Assembly (NCBI GenBank): GCA_951406725.2
Contig: OX597815.1
Span: forward strand, 178,808,001-178,872,000
DNA from: Octopus vulgaris
Lineage: Eukaryota
Length of the DNA stretch: 64,000 nucleotides
Direction of reading: 5' to 3'
Shown here: in pieces, positions 47,368 to 62,030 of the stretch
How the letters are laid out: the number at the start of each line of letters is the position of its first letter
Position numbering within the stretch: position 1 is the stretch's first letter
Notes under the pieces: model-generated
What the model was told of the DNA's origin: nothing
What the model saw: only the letters and a program-made list of their open reading frames with translations
The model's database searches: none
Position numbers and translations under genes: made by a program

Positions 47368-49939
47368 ATAAGTGAATTAAACAGACGTGCGTAGTGGCTT
47401 TTGATAGTAAAGTGGTGGGTAACTCATCAGATGTCATAAGTTCATACCTTGCTGGAGCTGGTGCTGTTGTTGTTTAACCCTAATCAATAGTCTTGAGGTT
47501 CCAGCCATGGCCATCCAGTCTTGTGATAATACCTAGTATACCTAGGGAAATATTGTTCAAAGTGTATTTCTGTTTTTCAGTTGGTAAGGTGACTTCAGAG
47601 TGATTCCAGGCAGGTGGAGCAACCATGTAGAGCAGTGTTTCTTGACCCTTTTTATCCTTGCGTAACCCTTAAAATAAATTACATGTCTCAAGGAACCCTT
47701 GCACAAAAAAAAAATTATATACCATATCTATCTCATATTTTTCTTCTTGGTTCACGTGAAAAATGTCATATAAATATATCCCTCTCTCTCTTTCAGAGAG
47801 GCACTGAGCACCTACACGCACATATACACACACGGCAGTAACTTCCACCTACCGAATTCAATCACAAGGCTTTGGTCGACTCGGGGCTATAGTGGAAGAC
47901 ACCTGCCCAAAGTGCCACGTAGTGGGACTGAACCCGAAACCATGTAGCTAGGAAGCAAGCTCCCTAACACACAGCCATGCCCGCGCCTACCCGGAGAAAT
48001 TGTACAAAATGTATAAATGGATGATGAGTAAAGCACCAGCACAGTTTCGATTACCTGTTGTTATCCGTAGATTTATTACAGGTACTTTGTAGTGGCGGTT
48101 GGGGTAACAGTATTAATAAAATAGGAGATGGAATGTACAATAGACTTTATTGGGTACAACACATGATTCGACCCATTCTGGGTCTCTTCAGGTACATCAA
48201 TGATGCCCTCCTGACTGCTTTCTGTGCTGGTGGCACATAAAAGCACCCACTACACTCTTAGAGTGGTTGGCATTAGGAAAGGTATCCAGCTGTAGAAACA
48301 TTGCCAGATCAGACTGGAGCCTGGTGCAGACCCTTGGCTTGCCAGTCCTCAGTCAAACTGTCCAACCCATGCCAGCATGGAAAGCGGACATTAAACAATG
48401 ATGATGATATATATATACACACACAGACACAAGTAAGGTTGTGTAGTAAGAAGTTTGCTTCTTAAACACATGGTTTCTGGTTCAATCTTACTATGTGGCA
48501 CGTTGGCTAAGTACATTCTACTTTAGCCCTTGGTCCACCAAAGCCTTGTAAGCAGATGCTCAAGATTGTTGTTGGAAAGATGGTGGATAATCTTGTGGGT
48601 GTCTACTGAAATGGATGTCAGATGTCGGGGCTTTAATGTGTTCATGTCCAGGGAAACAAGATGTTAGAGTGTGATGGATGCCTGATGGTGGGTATTTGTT
48701 TAGTTGCATGCTTCTAAACAATTTCCAGGAGATTGATATTCTGAGCAAAATAGGGGTTCCAGGCTGGTGATGCAAACTCTAAATGAGGACGTACCTTAGC
48801 TTTGAGCATCTAGCTGGAGAGCAGGGGACAAAGGCCTTACTGAGTGATATTAAGACACCCTTGGCCTTCTTGACAATCTTAGAGATGTGGTTTGTTCAGT
48901 GCAAATCGCTGTTGACAGTAATACCCAGGTCATCCTTACCCTAACCCTTAATAGATTTCTTAAGATTGGTGTTGTAGAGGGAATTGGAAGATGTAACTCG
49001 TGATTTTTGAACCAAAATGCTCAACACTCGGTCAGTCATAACAGCACCTTGTGATAATATTTTTAAAGGAGATGATAATGTTGGTGGCATGATGATGATG
49101 GTAAAACAATTTTTCTTTTGACTAGGGTTAATTTCTGAAGAAGAGGAGAAATATACTTGAATAAGTATATTCTTGCTGTATATATTTATCAATTCCCTTG
49201 AAAGTTCTTAAATCCTCAGTTCTCAAGTCTTTCGACAATGATAACTATTTAGAACAAGCGGAGTTTGTACTCAAAGAAACTTTGACCATTGTAAAGTATT
49301 GTCAGGATTTCTGTTGATTGTATTGTTACTGCTACCTTGATGATGGTGGTGATGATGATGATGATTTAACGTCTGTTTTCTATGCTGGCATGGGTTGGAC
49401 AGTTTAACCGGAGCTAGCAAAGCCAGGAGCCATACCAGGCTCCATTTGTCTCTTTTGGCACGATTTCTACGGCTGAACGCCCTTCCTAACTCCAACCACT
49501 TTACAGAGTGGTCAGGGTGCTTTATACATGGCACTAGCACTGACAGGGTCACTGGGGGTGGGGTGTGTGAGGGTAGTATGGAAGGGATGTGACTTGTGCC
49601 AGTGGAGAGATTTAAGGTTTGGAAAGTTCGTAGTCTGACAAGGAAGGAATGATGCTAGAGCTGTAAAATCTTGCATGCATTAATTCCAAATCTTATTTGT
49701 TTCTTTACTACCCACTAGGGGCTAAACACAGAGGGGACAAACAAAGACAGACAAATGGATTAAGTCGATTATATCGACCCCAGTGCGTAACAGGTACTTA
49801 TTTAATCAACCCCGAAAGGATGAAAGACAAAGTCGACCTCTGCGGAATTTGAACTCAGAACGTAACGGCTGACGAAAGACGGCTACGCATTTTGCCTGGC
49901 GTGCTAACGTTTCTGCCAGCTCGCCGCCTCTTCAACTCT

Positions 49940-51308
49940 TCTTGCATTGTTTCTTTCCAAGTAAACTGACATTTGATTGGTCAAAGAAGACTTCAAATGT
50001 AAATAGTACCAGCTTCTTTTGAAAATGAACAAAGTTTCATAATGTGGTGTTATCAAGTATTTGCTGAAAAAGGGCTTAGCCCCCAATGACATGCATGTTG
50101 ATATGGTTGTAAAATTAGGGGATGGACACTCCAGCTTTATCAACAGTGCAAAAGTGGACAGCTGAATTTGGGAGAAGAAGGGAGAGTTTTGAAGATGACC
50201 ACCACCAAGGAAAATATTGATTGTGTTCTCCACATGGTGATGGATGATGGGTGAATGACCATAAATCAAACACCCAATGCTCTTAGCATATCTTGTGAGG
50301 GAGTTGAGAATATTCTGCGCAACAAACTGGGCATGAGGAAGGTTTCTGTCCGGTGGGCGCCACGTCTTCTGACAACTGACCAAAGGCATACCAAACTGAT
50401 CACATCACAGGAAAATCTGACATTGTTTGGGGCAGATCCAGCTGGTTTCTTTGAACATTTCCTAACCTAGGATGTGTGGTAGATTCATCACTTTGAGTCA
50501 GAGACCAAGAGACAATCCATGCAGTGGCAACACCCCTCATCACCTGCTCCAAAGAAGGCCAAGGTTGTTTCATCTGCAGGGAAGGTGGTGGCCTCAGTTT
50601 TTTGGAAGGCAGAAGGCATTGTGTTTATTGACTGTCTTCAAAAGGGCCATACCATCAATGGAGAGTACTATGGCAACTTGCTGGGGCAGTTACAAAAGGC
50701 TATTGTTGTTAAGCAACAAGACAGGTAAGGGTGATTAGGTAATGGTCTCAGGCTTAGGGGTGGGAAACCCCAGACCTTGGGGAAAAAAAAAAAACTTTGG
50801 TTGTCTTGTAGTCGAGGGCTCTTTGTTGACGACACCACTAGGATGTGGCCCTCGAAGTCACTGGATATGGAGATCTCCAGGTCCAAATTCTTGAACTGCT
50901 ACAAAAGGCTATCAAGACTAAACACACAGGAAAACTGCTGAAAGGGGTCTTGTTTCATCAGGACAATGTTCCAGCATGGAAGTCCTTGGTTTCAATGGTT
51001 GCTGTGCTTGACTGTGGCTTTGAACTGGTTGATCAGCTTCCCTATTCTCCTGATTTTGGCCCCATCTGACTATCATCTGTTCCCCAAAACACACAATAAA
51101 AACATTTGACTGAGAACGAGTATTGCAGTGAAGATGGTATCATGTCTGCTGTTGATGACTTTTTTGACCAACAGGATGAGAGCTTCTTCACCAACGGGAT
51201 CCAAGAACTGCAACACTGATGGAAGAAGTGTGCTGACCACAAGGAGCACTATGTTGAGAAATAAACCTCACTCCTTGGTCAGCCTATGAACTTTTCACCC
51301 GACCCTTA
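49940..51308 (+). mobile_element. Decayed near-full-length mariner element
   Basis: MRKVSVRWAPRLLT, SAGKVVASVFW, FHQDN, LPYSPD, with frameshifts; carries a ~196-bp insertion (50704-50899) flanked by TACAAAAGGCTAT. Confidence 0.92.
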
Positions 51309-51594
51309 CACAGACAAAGGTGTTTTTTTTGGTGTAGAGTAGATATGTGGATAGTTACAAGAACTGATGTCCTCACATATTCTTCATTTACTATTTTCAA
51401 CTCTATTATTTAAAAAAGAAAGAAATGATTAGGAATGAAAAGAATGTACGAAATACAATTTCCTTTTCGCTAATTAAATCCTTTATTAATACAGTAATTA
51501 GTTTCGCTTTATTGTTGCATTCCTTTAAGTTAGCTCAATGCTGAAGGTATATTAGTTTGATGTGTGTCTAAGTACATGACAGAGATTGAAAAAT

Positions 51595-51765
51595 TATCAT
51601 CATCATCGTTATCGTCATCATCTTCATTATCATCATCATCACTGTCGTCACTTTCATCATCGTCACCATCATCATCATCATCATCGTCGTCATCATCATT
51701 GTCATCATCATCGTCATCACCGTCATCGTCACCATCGTCATCGTCATCATCATCATCAACATCAT
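51595..51765. repeat. Imperfect (CAT/CGT)n microsatellite
   Basis: Direct reading. Confidence 0.97.
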
Positions 51766-53237
51766 TGTTGTTAATCTAATGTCCAATTTCCTATATTAGC
51801 ATACAGTGCGTAGGACTGAGGTGTGTCATATGAATAATTTTGCACCTCAATGGTTCAGTTTCTCATTTCAGACTTCTCCGCTTTGCATTTCTCATCTGCC
51901 CCTCACACTGTTATCCTATTATATTTTCACTCCCACGAGTTCTTATCCATTAATATCACCTGCCCATACTAGCACCACCATTTCTGTAGACTAGTTAATG
52001 TCTATAACACACGACAGGTGCCAAGTAATTTCTGCTCTGCCTTTCATACCTGCATCATATTTAACCCTTTTTTTTATAGATCTGCACTCATTATTTTCAG
52101 CTCTCTATTCTGCACCATCACACTGCATTGGTGGACTCTCCCATCATCGATGACTGATGAGGATTCTGTAATTCGTTACTCAACATCCTGCACAGGTGAT
52201 TTGTTTCTAGTGATCAAATGTTTGTGCCTCACATAAAATCACTCTCGCCATCAAATCGACATTACCTGAACAGGTGCATAATGTACTGCATGTAAGATGA
52301 TGAACTGAAGTATTTTGCTCAAGAACACAACGCACCACCTGGTCTGGAAATTGAAACCATGATCTTGTGATTGTGAGTGTTACACCTAAACCACAAAAGT
52401 CATTCTGATGATGCATGTTTCTGGTTTTCAAAGTAATCCCTTCATATGTATCAGGACAAATGCATGAGAAATTTGTAATACAGATTATTTGTGATGGATG
52501 GAGGCTGTAAACAGAGAGATAAAGTATTTTGCTTTTGAGATATAACTAAAAGCTTTCAAGAAGAGGTAACATAAGAAAAACGGAGCCTCTAAGAAATCCA
52601 ATTCCGTAGAAGTGGCTAAGATGAGAATCAGAGTGAAGGTGGTAAAAAAAGGTGATTATTTAAAGCTGTTCCCATTTCTATAATTTCATCATCATCATCA
52701 TCATTGTTTAACGTCTGCTTTCCATGCTAGCATAGGTTGGACGGTTTGACTGGGGACTGGCAAGCCAGGAGTCTGCACCAGGTTCCAATCTGATTTGGCA
52801 AGGTTTCTACTGCTTTGTTGCCCTTCCTAATGATATTTTATAAATCATTTGTGTAAAAAATGGTAAAAAGAGGATGTTGTCTTTAATATGCAGAAAGGTA
52901 GATGGTCATGGCTAGGACTTAATCACATGTTTATTCAATCAAGGTTGGATTACAACAATGCAACAACAAATATATTTAGAGTCAACAAAGAATCTGCCAT
53001 GTTTTTTGTTTTACTAGTATCAGCTTAAGAGCTCTGGCCATGCTGGGGCACCACTATGCCAGTGATTCTCAAATTCTATTTTTCCTTCACCCCACCCCAT
53101 ACTTTTTCATGTATTTCACTATTTACCCTTTTACCTTCATGGAAAATTATGCATGAATTAATTGCTCATCATCAGAAGCATTTAACATTCATTTTTTCAT
53201 GCTGGCATGGGTTAGATGGCTCGAGAAGAATTGGCAA

Positions 53238-53533
53238 AATTACTATTTGTAAATCTCACAGCGAGAGATATTCAACAACAGTACTTTGGAGTAAAGATTG
53301 TTTGCCAACATAACATGGCAGTCCTGGTTTAGGACGAATGTTGCTGTAATTTAGCCCCAGAGACATTGTCTCCAGCTGGCTATATGGCACAATCTGTGTC
53401 CTTATAAAAAAATCTAAGGACACAGATTGTGTCATATAGCCAGCTGGAGACAATGTCTCCTGGGGTTAAATTACAGCAACATTCGTCCTAAACCAGGACT
53501 GGCATGTTATGTTGGCAAACAATCTTTACTCCA
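53238..53533. mobile_element. Foldback element, second copy with shorter arms
   Basis: Same arms and the same asymmetric leader as 20689-21090; inserted in an RTE 3' fragment. Confidence 0.85.
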
Positions 53534-55159
53534 AGAGCTGGCAAGCTGAAGAGCTGTATCGGGCTCCAGTTGTCTGTTTTGGAATGGTTTCTATGGCTGG
53601 ACGCCCTTCCTAATGCCAACCACTTTAGAAAGTGTACTGGGTGCTCTACAGAGCCACCAGCACTGACCGGGTCACTGAGTAACTTGTAAGACAAAACCCC
53701 TCTCGGCTGGGAGGAGGGAGTTGTAGTGAGTGGGGTGATGGCTTTGTGCCAGTTGATGAGAAATTAGAGGTATAAAAGGACAGGGGTAGATATCCTGCCG
53801 TAGAGTAGATACATGGATGTTGCAGTTGGAAAAGAAAGGGGTAGGCGGGTTAGTTAAGATAAAGAATGTGGGTGGGTTAGAGAGTATGATAAAGAGAGCA
53901 ATAGTGAGAGAGATGGTGGTGAAGATGAGTCAAGACATTGGGAGTGGTGAGAATAAGTGGGGTGACACAGAGGTTTGGATTGGGTGAGTGGGCAGGGTAG
54001 AGCTGATTGAGGCAATGCCAGTGTGAAATGCTACCTTTAAGATAGTGTGTTAGCACTTTTTAAATCTTTAGGATGATGTTAAAATAGATCTGACCAGGCA
54101 ACTCTCTACATTCTGTCACAATGCTGACATTATGTTGACATTGATAAGGACCTGTAAGTATTCAGAAATGGGTGGAGTTAAAGGGAATGCTGTTAAACAA
54201 TTAAGAGATGGCATACACGTGCGTCTGAGTTGATGAGTGTTGTGTATGTATGTTTGAATGTATACATGTATATATGAATATGTGTGTGTTTATGATGATT
54301 GCGTAGATACCTGGTTGTATTTGTGGATGTGTTTGGTTTTCTTAAGGATTATGATGTGTGCGTGTGTGCACAAGCGTAAACTTGTTTGTGGATTGTAAAG
54401 TACAAGAGAAAGATTTGTTTTTTTGAGATGTGCAAAGTTCATATAATTGTGTGTGTGTGTGTATCTATGTGTATGTGTGTATGTGTGTGTGTGTGTGTGT
54501 GCCTATTTGTTAATAAAGTTCTTCTGTATACACAGACACACAACCTGAAGTTTTACATCATATGTGTACATGTCTATTTTAAGGAGTTAATTAAATATTC
54601 TTTTGGCAGCAGATGGAGAAAAGTTTAAACTGGTTAGACCGACCATATGCCAATGTAATAAAAGAAACGAATTATTAGGTAAAGAAATTAAAGAAGAAAA
54701 AGAAAATAATAGTTATTGAAAATTGAAAATACTTACCCAGTTGCATATTTGGAGTTGATGAGGAATTACTTCTAAAATGGCAAAGAATGTTAAATCTTTT
54801 TAGTAACAATTCAATCTTGGCATTTTAACTTCATTTAGAATCAATTTAGAGTTTTCAAGATTTGATCAACAGACAATGTGTATGCAAACCCTAACAGACT
54901 ATTAAAATACTCAACAGAATTGAGCTGAAATCAATTATGTAGATCCTCATCATTATCATCATCATCATCATCGTATCTTACTCTCCAACTCATTCCCCTT
55001 TGTTTGTCCAACTGGGGTATTCATGTATCTACCCTGCAGCAAGGACACCCGTATCTGTCCTCCATCTTAAATGTCACAAAGCCACACCCCTTCAATTGCT
55101 GCTCCCATTCCTAGTTAAAGGGTCTTTTGTCATGCAAGGTACTTGGTGATTGTGTTAGT

Positions 55160-55575
55160 GCTGGGGCTACATGAAAGGCACTGATGTTAGTGCTACATGA
55201 GTTGCACTGGTGATGAGGCTACATGAAGTGCACTGATGCTACATGAAAGGCACTGATGCTAATGCTACATGAGATGCACTGGTGATGGGGCTACATGAAG
55301 TGCACTGATGCTACATGAAAGGCACTATGCTACATGAAATGCAACGATGCTACATGAAAGACACTGATGCTAATGCTACATGAAAGGCACTGATGCTAGT
55401 GCTACATGAGTTGCACTGGCGATGGGGCTACATGAAGTGCACTGATGCTACATGAAAGGCACTATGCTACATGAAATGCAACGATGCTACATGAAAGGCA
55501 CTGATGCTAGTGCTACATGAAATGCACTGATGCTAGTGCTATATGAGATGCACTGGTGATGGGGCTACATAAAAT
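55160..55575 (+). repeat. Degenerate minisatellite (gctacatga-based units) in an RTE-type 3' UTR
   Basis: About 18 gctacatga motifs with variable spacing and a higher-order duplication. Confidence 0.85.
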
Positions 55576-56338
55576 GCACCCAGTACACTCTGTAAAGTTG
55601 CTGGTGTGAGGAAGGGTATCCAGATGTAGCAAAAATGCCAAAACAGACAATGGAACCTGGTGCAGCTCTCTAGCCTTGCCAGCTCCTGTCAAACCATCCA
55701 ACAAATGCCCACATGGAGAACAGATGTTAAATGATGATGATAATTACACACACACACATTCTTTTATTCATTTATTTGTTTCAGTCATTTCACTGCAGCC
55801 ATGCTGGAGCACTGCCTTTAGTCGAGCAAATCGACCCAAGGGCTTATTCTTTGTAAGCCTAATACTTCTTTTATTGGTCTCTTTTGCTGAACCGCTAAGT
55901 TACGGGGACGCAAACACACCAACATCAGTTGTCAAGAGATGGAGGGAAGACAAACACACACATACACACATATACACATATATATATATGACAGGCTTCT
56001 TTCAGTTTCCATCAACCAAATCCACTCACAAGGCTTTGGTCGACCCGAGGCAATAGTAGAAGACACTTGCCCAAGGTGCCAAGCAGTGGGACTGAACCCG
56101 GAACCATGTGGTTGAGAAGCAAGCTTCTTACCACACAGCCACTCCTACGACAGGTTTCTTTTCAGTTTCTGTCTGCCAAATCCACTCACATGGCTTTGGT
56201 TGGCCCGAGGCTATAGTAGAAGACACTTGCTCAAGGTGCCATGAAGTGGGACTGAACCCAGAACCATGTGGTTGGTAAGCAAGCTACTTACCACACAGCC
56301 ATGCCTTGTCCTATGATATACATATATATATATAAGTT

Positions 56339-57097
56339 AAGTTAATCGCCACATCAATGTGGCTGTTCCATGTTACTACTAGTTTAACCCCAGGCAGATC
56401 TTCCACTAGCTGGTTATCAGTGCAGCACTGCACTCTGTACATATATATTGGCAGCAGGGGAACAAACTCCTACCATCCTCCAGCAAATGAAAGGATTGCA
56501 AGACTGATTCAGTTTTCAGCTAGTTTACTCCTCCTCAGTCATGAACACCTAGTCGCTCACCTGCTAGTAATAAATGTTTTTAAAGAAATTTATTTACATA
56601 TAGGCGCAGGAGTGGCTATGTGGTAAGTAGCTTGTTTACCAACCACATGGTTCCAGGTTCAGTCCCACTGCGTGGCACCTTGGGCAAGTGTCTTCTACTA
56701 TAGCCTCGGGCCGACCAAGGCCTTGTGAGTGGATGATTTGGTAGAGGGAAACTGAAAGAAGCCCGTCGTATATATGTATATATATGTATGTGCGTGTATG
56801 TTTGTGTGTCTGTGTTTGTCCCCCTTGCATTGCTTGACAACCGATGCTGGTGTGTTTATGTCCCCGTCACTTAGCGGTTCGGCAAAAGAAACCAATAGAA
56901 TAAGTACTGGGCTTACAAAAAGAATAAGTCCCAGGGTCGAGTTGCTCGATTAAAGGCGGTGCTTCAGCATGGTCTCAGTCAAATGACTGAAACAAGTAAA
57001 AGAATAAAAATAAAAAAAATATATCTACACCGATAACCAGTTAGTGGAAGATCAGCCTGGGGTTAAACTAGTATCCACTTTGATTTGGTAATTAACT
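56339..57097. mobile_element. TIR element with a nested SINE A
   Basis: IR actagtttaaccccaggc.gatcttccacta.ctggttatc (~56378-56420 / 57032-57072). Confidence 0.7.
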
Positions 57098-57163
57098 TTA
57101 CTCGTTAGTATAGTGACTACTCTGATCTCTTTTTAAGCTTTTTACAAGTAGCTACTTTGCTTA

Positions 57164-58758
57164 TCATACTATAATGGGCGTAATGTCCATCCATCTGTAC
57201 TCACATCACGGCCAAATGGTTGGGCCGATCAGCATGAAAATTGGTAGGGGTGTTTGGGGGGGTCTCTAGGGTGGTTTATATATAGGTTTAGTCCCTCTAC
57301 CACCCCTTATTTTCAGAGAAATTCCACCAATTGAGGTAACTTTGGCAGATGGAATAAGGTGGCCTATGCCCTCCTAAAGGTACATGCTTGACCTCCTCCT
57401 TCTGCCCCTGCCCCTGTACCTGTCCCACCACTACCTTCTACCTGTGTAATACCATCAGTTGAGGTAAATTTGGCACCCGGAGGTAAGTTTTGTAAGAGGA
57501 ATAGAGAGGCCTAACTTCTCCCACAGAGATCAGTTCGACCTCCTCTTCCTGCCCCTGCTCCACCCCACCCCAACCAACCCCTTTCCCCCTCTATTGAGTA
57601 ATATTGTTGATTGAAGTAACTTTGGCAACCTGGGCCTCCTACACTGAGTGTGAGAGTCACATCTCTCCTTCTGAACACATAAACAGTTTTGAAACATTGT
57701 TTACAGAATAATAGTTGATCATTTGCGAAGGAGCGTGTCTACAGTGAACACTTAGGATTTTTGCTCTGGTAACTTTTCCTTACTATGTATCATACTACGT
57801 TGTATAAAACAGTGAATGACATGATATGAGTACTTTATATTACACGTTAATTAAAATGTAACAAAAGATTTTTATCCATCGAGGACTACCAGTACACAAA
57901 ATGACTTTGAAGAAGGGTTGTCTGATTATGCTGCTTCGGAATTTTGACCCAGCTAATGGACATTGCATTGGAACAAGATACTCTGTTACGGAACTTAACT
58001 CTCACGTCATCGAAACAGTGATAGCAACTGGTCCTCCTCACACTAGCAAATGGCTGTTTATACCTCGGATACCTCTGATGCCTTCAGATAATCAGATTCC
58101 ATTTCATTTACGACATAGGCAGTTTCCTATCAAATTAGACTTCTGCTTTACGGCCAACAAGTTTCAGAGCCAGACTTTGGATCGTGTCAGTGTGTTTCTG
58201 CCCTCTCCCATGGTCATGCACTGCCAGCTGTATGTCATGATCAGTAGGGCAATGGATTCAGCTAATTTGAAACTTAGTTGTGGACAAACGGAGAATATTG
58301 TTGGCAAAGAGGTTTTGCAAAGATAGCATGTAAAAAAAAAAAACCCACGATATTTTCGTGGCCATTGCCAGTACTGCCTGACTGGCCCTTGTGCTGGTGG
58401 CACGTAAAAGCACCCACTACACTCTCAGAGTGGTTGGCGTTAGGAAGGGCATCCAGCTGTAGAAACTCTGCCAGATCAAGATTGGAGCCTGGTGCAACTA
58501 TCTGGTTCGCCAGTCCTCAGTCAAATCGTCCAACCCATGCCAGCATCGAAAGTGGACGTTAAACTATGATGATGATGATGATGATGATGAGTACCATGAA
58601 TATGTTATGTAACTGTTTACATATATATTGTTCAATAAGGTACACTATATAGTTTGGCACTATCAAATATAATGAATAAAAATAAGTACATTACAACTTA
58701 AATTGTCTTGATTTGCACCCTGCTCTTATCACCCATCATAGATGGGTAAGTTTGCTAG
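57164..58758 (+). mobile_element. Internally deleted Helitron retaining the PIF1-helicase C-terminus (57901-58326), with a nested RTE 3' end
   Basis: A|TCATACTATAAT 5' end; IMLLRN, GTR, IPRIPL, RQFPI, QSQTL, QLYV-ISR, T-NIV-KEVL; ACCCATC-ata-GATGGGT hairpin then CTAG|T 3' end. Confidence 0.9.
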
Positions 58759-58976
58759 TATATATAATTGTAAGATCCAGAAATTTAGGCATAGGAAATT
58801 CGTAAGCTTCAAGCAGTCCATAGGAAGTATAAAAACACAACTTTCTGGAACAATTATAGTTTATTGGCATTGGAGGTTGTAGGTTTTTTCCACGTTGAAG
58901 ATCAAGAAGCTGAAAAAAGCTTTTGTCTATTTCATGGTTAGCAACTAAAGTTGTTATGAATGGGGATAAAAATCCA

Positions 58977-59529
58977 AATTGAGGGAATGGAGCAGGTAAA
59001 ACCCAGGCTGCATATGTTTCCTCACTCGCAGAACCTTGGGAGTAATAATTACTCAAAGACCGGGTGTTGTGAGTGTTTACTGAGCGAAAACACCTAAAGC
59101 TCCACGAGGCTCCGGCAGGGGATGGTGGTGATCCCTGCTGTACTCTTTCACCACAACTTTCTCTCACTCTTACTTCCTGTTTCTGTTGTACCTGTATTTC
59201 AAGGGGCCGGCCTTGTCACTCTCTGAGTCACGCTGAATATCCCCGAGAACTACGTTAAGGGTACACGTGTCTGTGGAGTGCTCAACCACTTACACGTTAA
59301 TTTCACGAGCAGGCTGTTCCGTTGATTCGGATCAACCGGAACCCTCGTCGTCGTAACCGACAGAGTGCTTCCAATTACTCAATGAGTAACCTTCATTTGA
59401 CTAAAGTATCTTTAGCCTGATGAGTAGCCGGTGGAGTATCCTTCATTGAATAATTATTACTTCAGAGGTTCTGCTAGCTAGGAAACGTATGCAGCCTGGG
59501 TTTTACCTGATGCTCCATTCCCTCAATTT
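58977..59529. mobile_element. TIR element with a nested SINE C fragment
   Basis: ~60-bp IR aattgagggaatggagca...ggtaaaacccaggctgcata; the nested SINE is flanked by AATTACTCAA. Confidence 0.75.
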
Positions 59530-60129
59530 CAATATATCAGGTCATTAAGAATGAAAAGTCTGATTTTGAACTGAGAGCTTATTTTACTTTATCTCAAAAA
59601 AAAAAAAATAAATAAAATAAAATGAAAAATTATGTGCAGGAGTGGCTGTGAGGTAAGTAGCTTGCTAACCAACCACATGGTTCCGGGTTCAGTCCCACTG
59701 CGTGATATCTTGGGCAAGTGTCTTCTGCTATAGCCCCTGGCCGACCAATGCCTTGTGAGTAGATTTGGTAGACGGAAACTGAAAGAAGCCTGTCGTATAT
59801 ATGTATATATATATATGTGTGTGTGTGTGTTTGTCCCCGTAGCATTGCTTGACAACCGATGCTGGTGTGTTTACGTCCCCGTCACTTAGCGGTTCGGCAA
59901 AAGAGATTGATAGAATAAGTACTGGGCTTACAAAGAATAAGTCCCGGGGTCGATTTGCTCGATTAAAGGCGGTGCTCCAGCATGGCCGCAGTCAAATGAC
60001 TGAAACAAGTAAAAGAGAGAGTAAGAGTAATCAAAGTATGCACCTAAATTATCAACACAGTTTTGCCATTTTATTGGTAGCTTATTTATGCCAGCACCAA
60101 AGAATCTTGGAGAGCAAAAGGAGATGAAA

Positions 60130-60760
60130 TCACGAAGGGCTGTATTTGCATCTTCTTCAGATTTGCAAAATGTTGTCTAATGCCTGGGAAACTTGATAGT
60201 CAGGTGAATGACAGGTCTGGTGAATGAAAGGGTACTTCCAAGTTCAGTTCCTGTAACTTGAGTAGCGTTCTTTGTGCAATATGTGGTCAAGCATTGTCAT
60301 GCAAGAGATTTGACCTGTCTCTTTTGACCAATCACGGTTGTTTAATTGCAAGTTCACTCATCATTTCATGCAATTGGTTGATGGATACGTCCTCTGTAAT
60401 TGACTTACCAGGTCCCATGAAACTGTAGTGGATGACACCAGCAAAGGACCACCAAACACACCATTAGCATTTTTTGGTGAATATTCATTTTTGGATTGTG
60501 TTTTGGAAGTTTGTCTCGATCCAACCACTGTGCAGAACATTTGCTATTGTTGAAAAGAATTCATTTTTCATCACATGTAAGAATACGATGCAAAAATGGT
60601 TCGCTTTTATGCTGTGACAGCAAAGAACAGCAAGTTTCAAGACAACTTGTCATTTGATGCTCGTTTAGTTTGTATGGTACCCACTTGTCCAGCTTCATTA
60701 CTTTGCTGATTTGTTTCAGGTGGTCCAATAGAGTTGGAATCAAAACATCAAACAATGTCA
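60130..60760 (-). mobile_element. mariner transposase relic
   Basis: KLDKWVPYKLNE, FLHRILTCDEK, and a downstream HDNA-PH motif, with stops. Confidence 0.88.
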
Positions 60761-60764
60761 AATG

Positions 60765-61490
60765 GACATAAAGCTGAATGGACACAGTGCCAAATGGACA
60801 CAAAGCCGAATGGACACAATGCCAAATGGACACAGTGCCAAATGGACACAAAGCTGAATGGACACAATGCTGAACAGACACAATGCCGAATGGACATAAA
60901 ACCAAATGGACACAATGCCAAATGGACACAGTGCCAAATGGACATAAAGCCAAATGGACACAATGCTGAACGGGACATAAAGCCGAATGGACACAATGCC
61001 AAATGGACACAGTGCCAAATGGACATAAAGCCAAATAGACACAATGCTGAACGGACACAGTGCCAAATGGACACAAAGCCGAATGGACACAATGCTGAAC
61101 AGACACAATGCCGAATGGACATAAAACCAAATGGACACAATGCCAAATGGACACAGTGCCAAATGGACACAGTGCCAAATGGACATAAAGCCAAATGGAC
61201 ACAATGCTGAACGGACATAAAGCCAAATGGACACAATGCTGAACGGACATAAAGCCAAATGGACACAATGCTAAATGGACATAAAGCCAAATGGACACAA
61301 TGCTAAACAGACATAAAGCTGAACGGACATAAACCTGAATGGAAACAATAATAATAAAAAAATACATTCCTGCCCACATAGTTTAATGACCAATTCACCA
61401 ATTGAGAGAGTAAATTTTAATTTTTGAATGTCTTTTTGGCATCTTGTCCATTTGGCTTGATGTCCATCTGGCATTGTGTCTATTCAGCTT
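60765..61490. repeat. Minisatellite of atggaca-based subunits inserted in the mariner, with a short inverted block at ~61425-61490
   Basis: Direct reading; source of the long spurious ORFs. Confidence 0.92.
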
Positions 61491-61777
61491 CTTGGCTTCG
61501 ACTTCATGTCCTTCGGCAAAAGCATCCCATCCATGTACCAAATATTCCAGTAAGTTTTATGATGGATGGGTCCTTTCAACCTGGTTTGCTCAGGCAATAC
61601 ACCAAAAAGATAACAAAGCAACAAATATGCCTCAAACATGGTTACTAAAGATAACAACTAAATTCCACTCAAATCACAACTGACTGCCTCCAGAACAAAA
61701 AATAAGGGCACAATTCTATGATCAAGTGGGAGACTATGGTTATTTGTCATCTTTTATCTTTTACTTATTTCAGTCAT

Positions 61778-62030
61778 TGGACTGTGACCATGCTGGGGAA
61801 AACTGTGGTCATACTGCAAAAGACTGGCCATGCTGGAGCAGACGGTGGCCATGCTGGAGCAGACGGTGGCCATGCTGGAGCAGACGGTGGCCATGCTGGG
61901 GCAAACTGCGGTCATGCTGGAGCAGACTGTGGCCATGCTGGAGCAGGCTGTGGCTGTGCTGGGACAAACTGTAGCCATGCTGGGACAAACTGTGGCCATG
62001 TTGGGGCAGACTGTGGCTATGCTGGGGCAC
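61778..62030. repeat. 21-bp tandem repeat (~12 copies) expanded from the SINE A tail
   Basis: Unit gactgtggccatgctggagca matches the SINE A segment gactgcggccatgctggagca. Confidence 0.92.

Noticed and set aside
54060-54771. Phase-compatible minus-strand exon candidates (54737-54771 and 54151 downward)
   Set aside because: Splice-like signals only; no recognisable protein, and an equally plausible plus-strand reading overlaps one of them.
60561-61379. 272-aa ORF and overlapping Cys/His-rich ORFs
   Set aside because: Stop-free minisatellite running into a mariner fragment; open in several frames on both strands.
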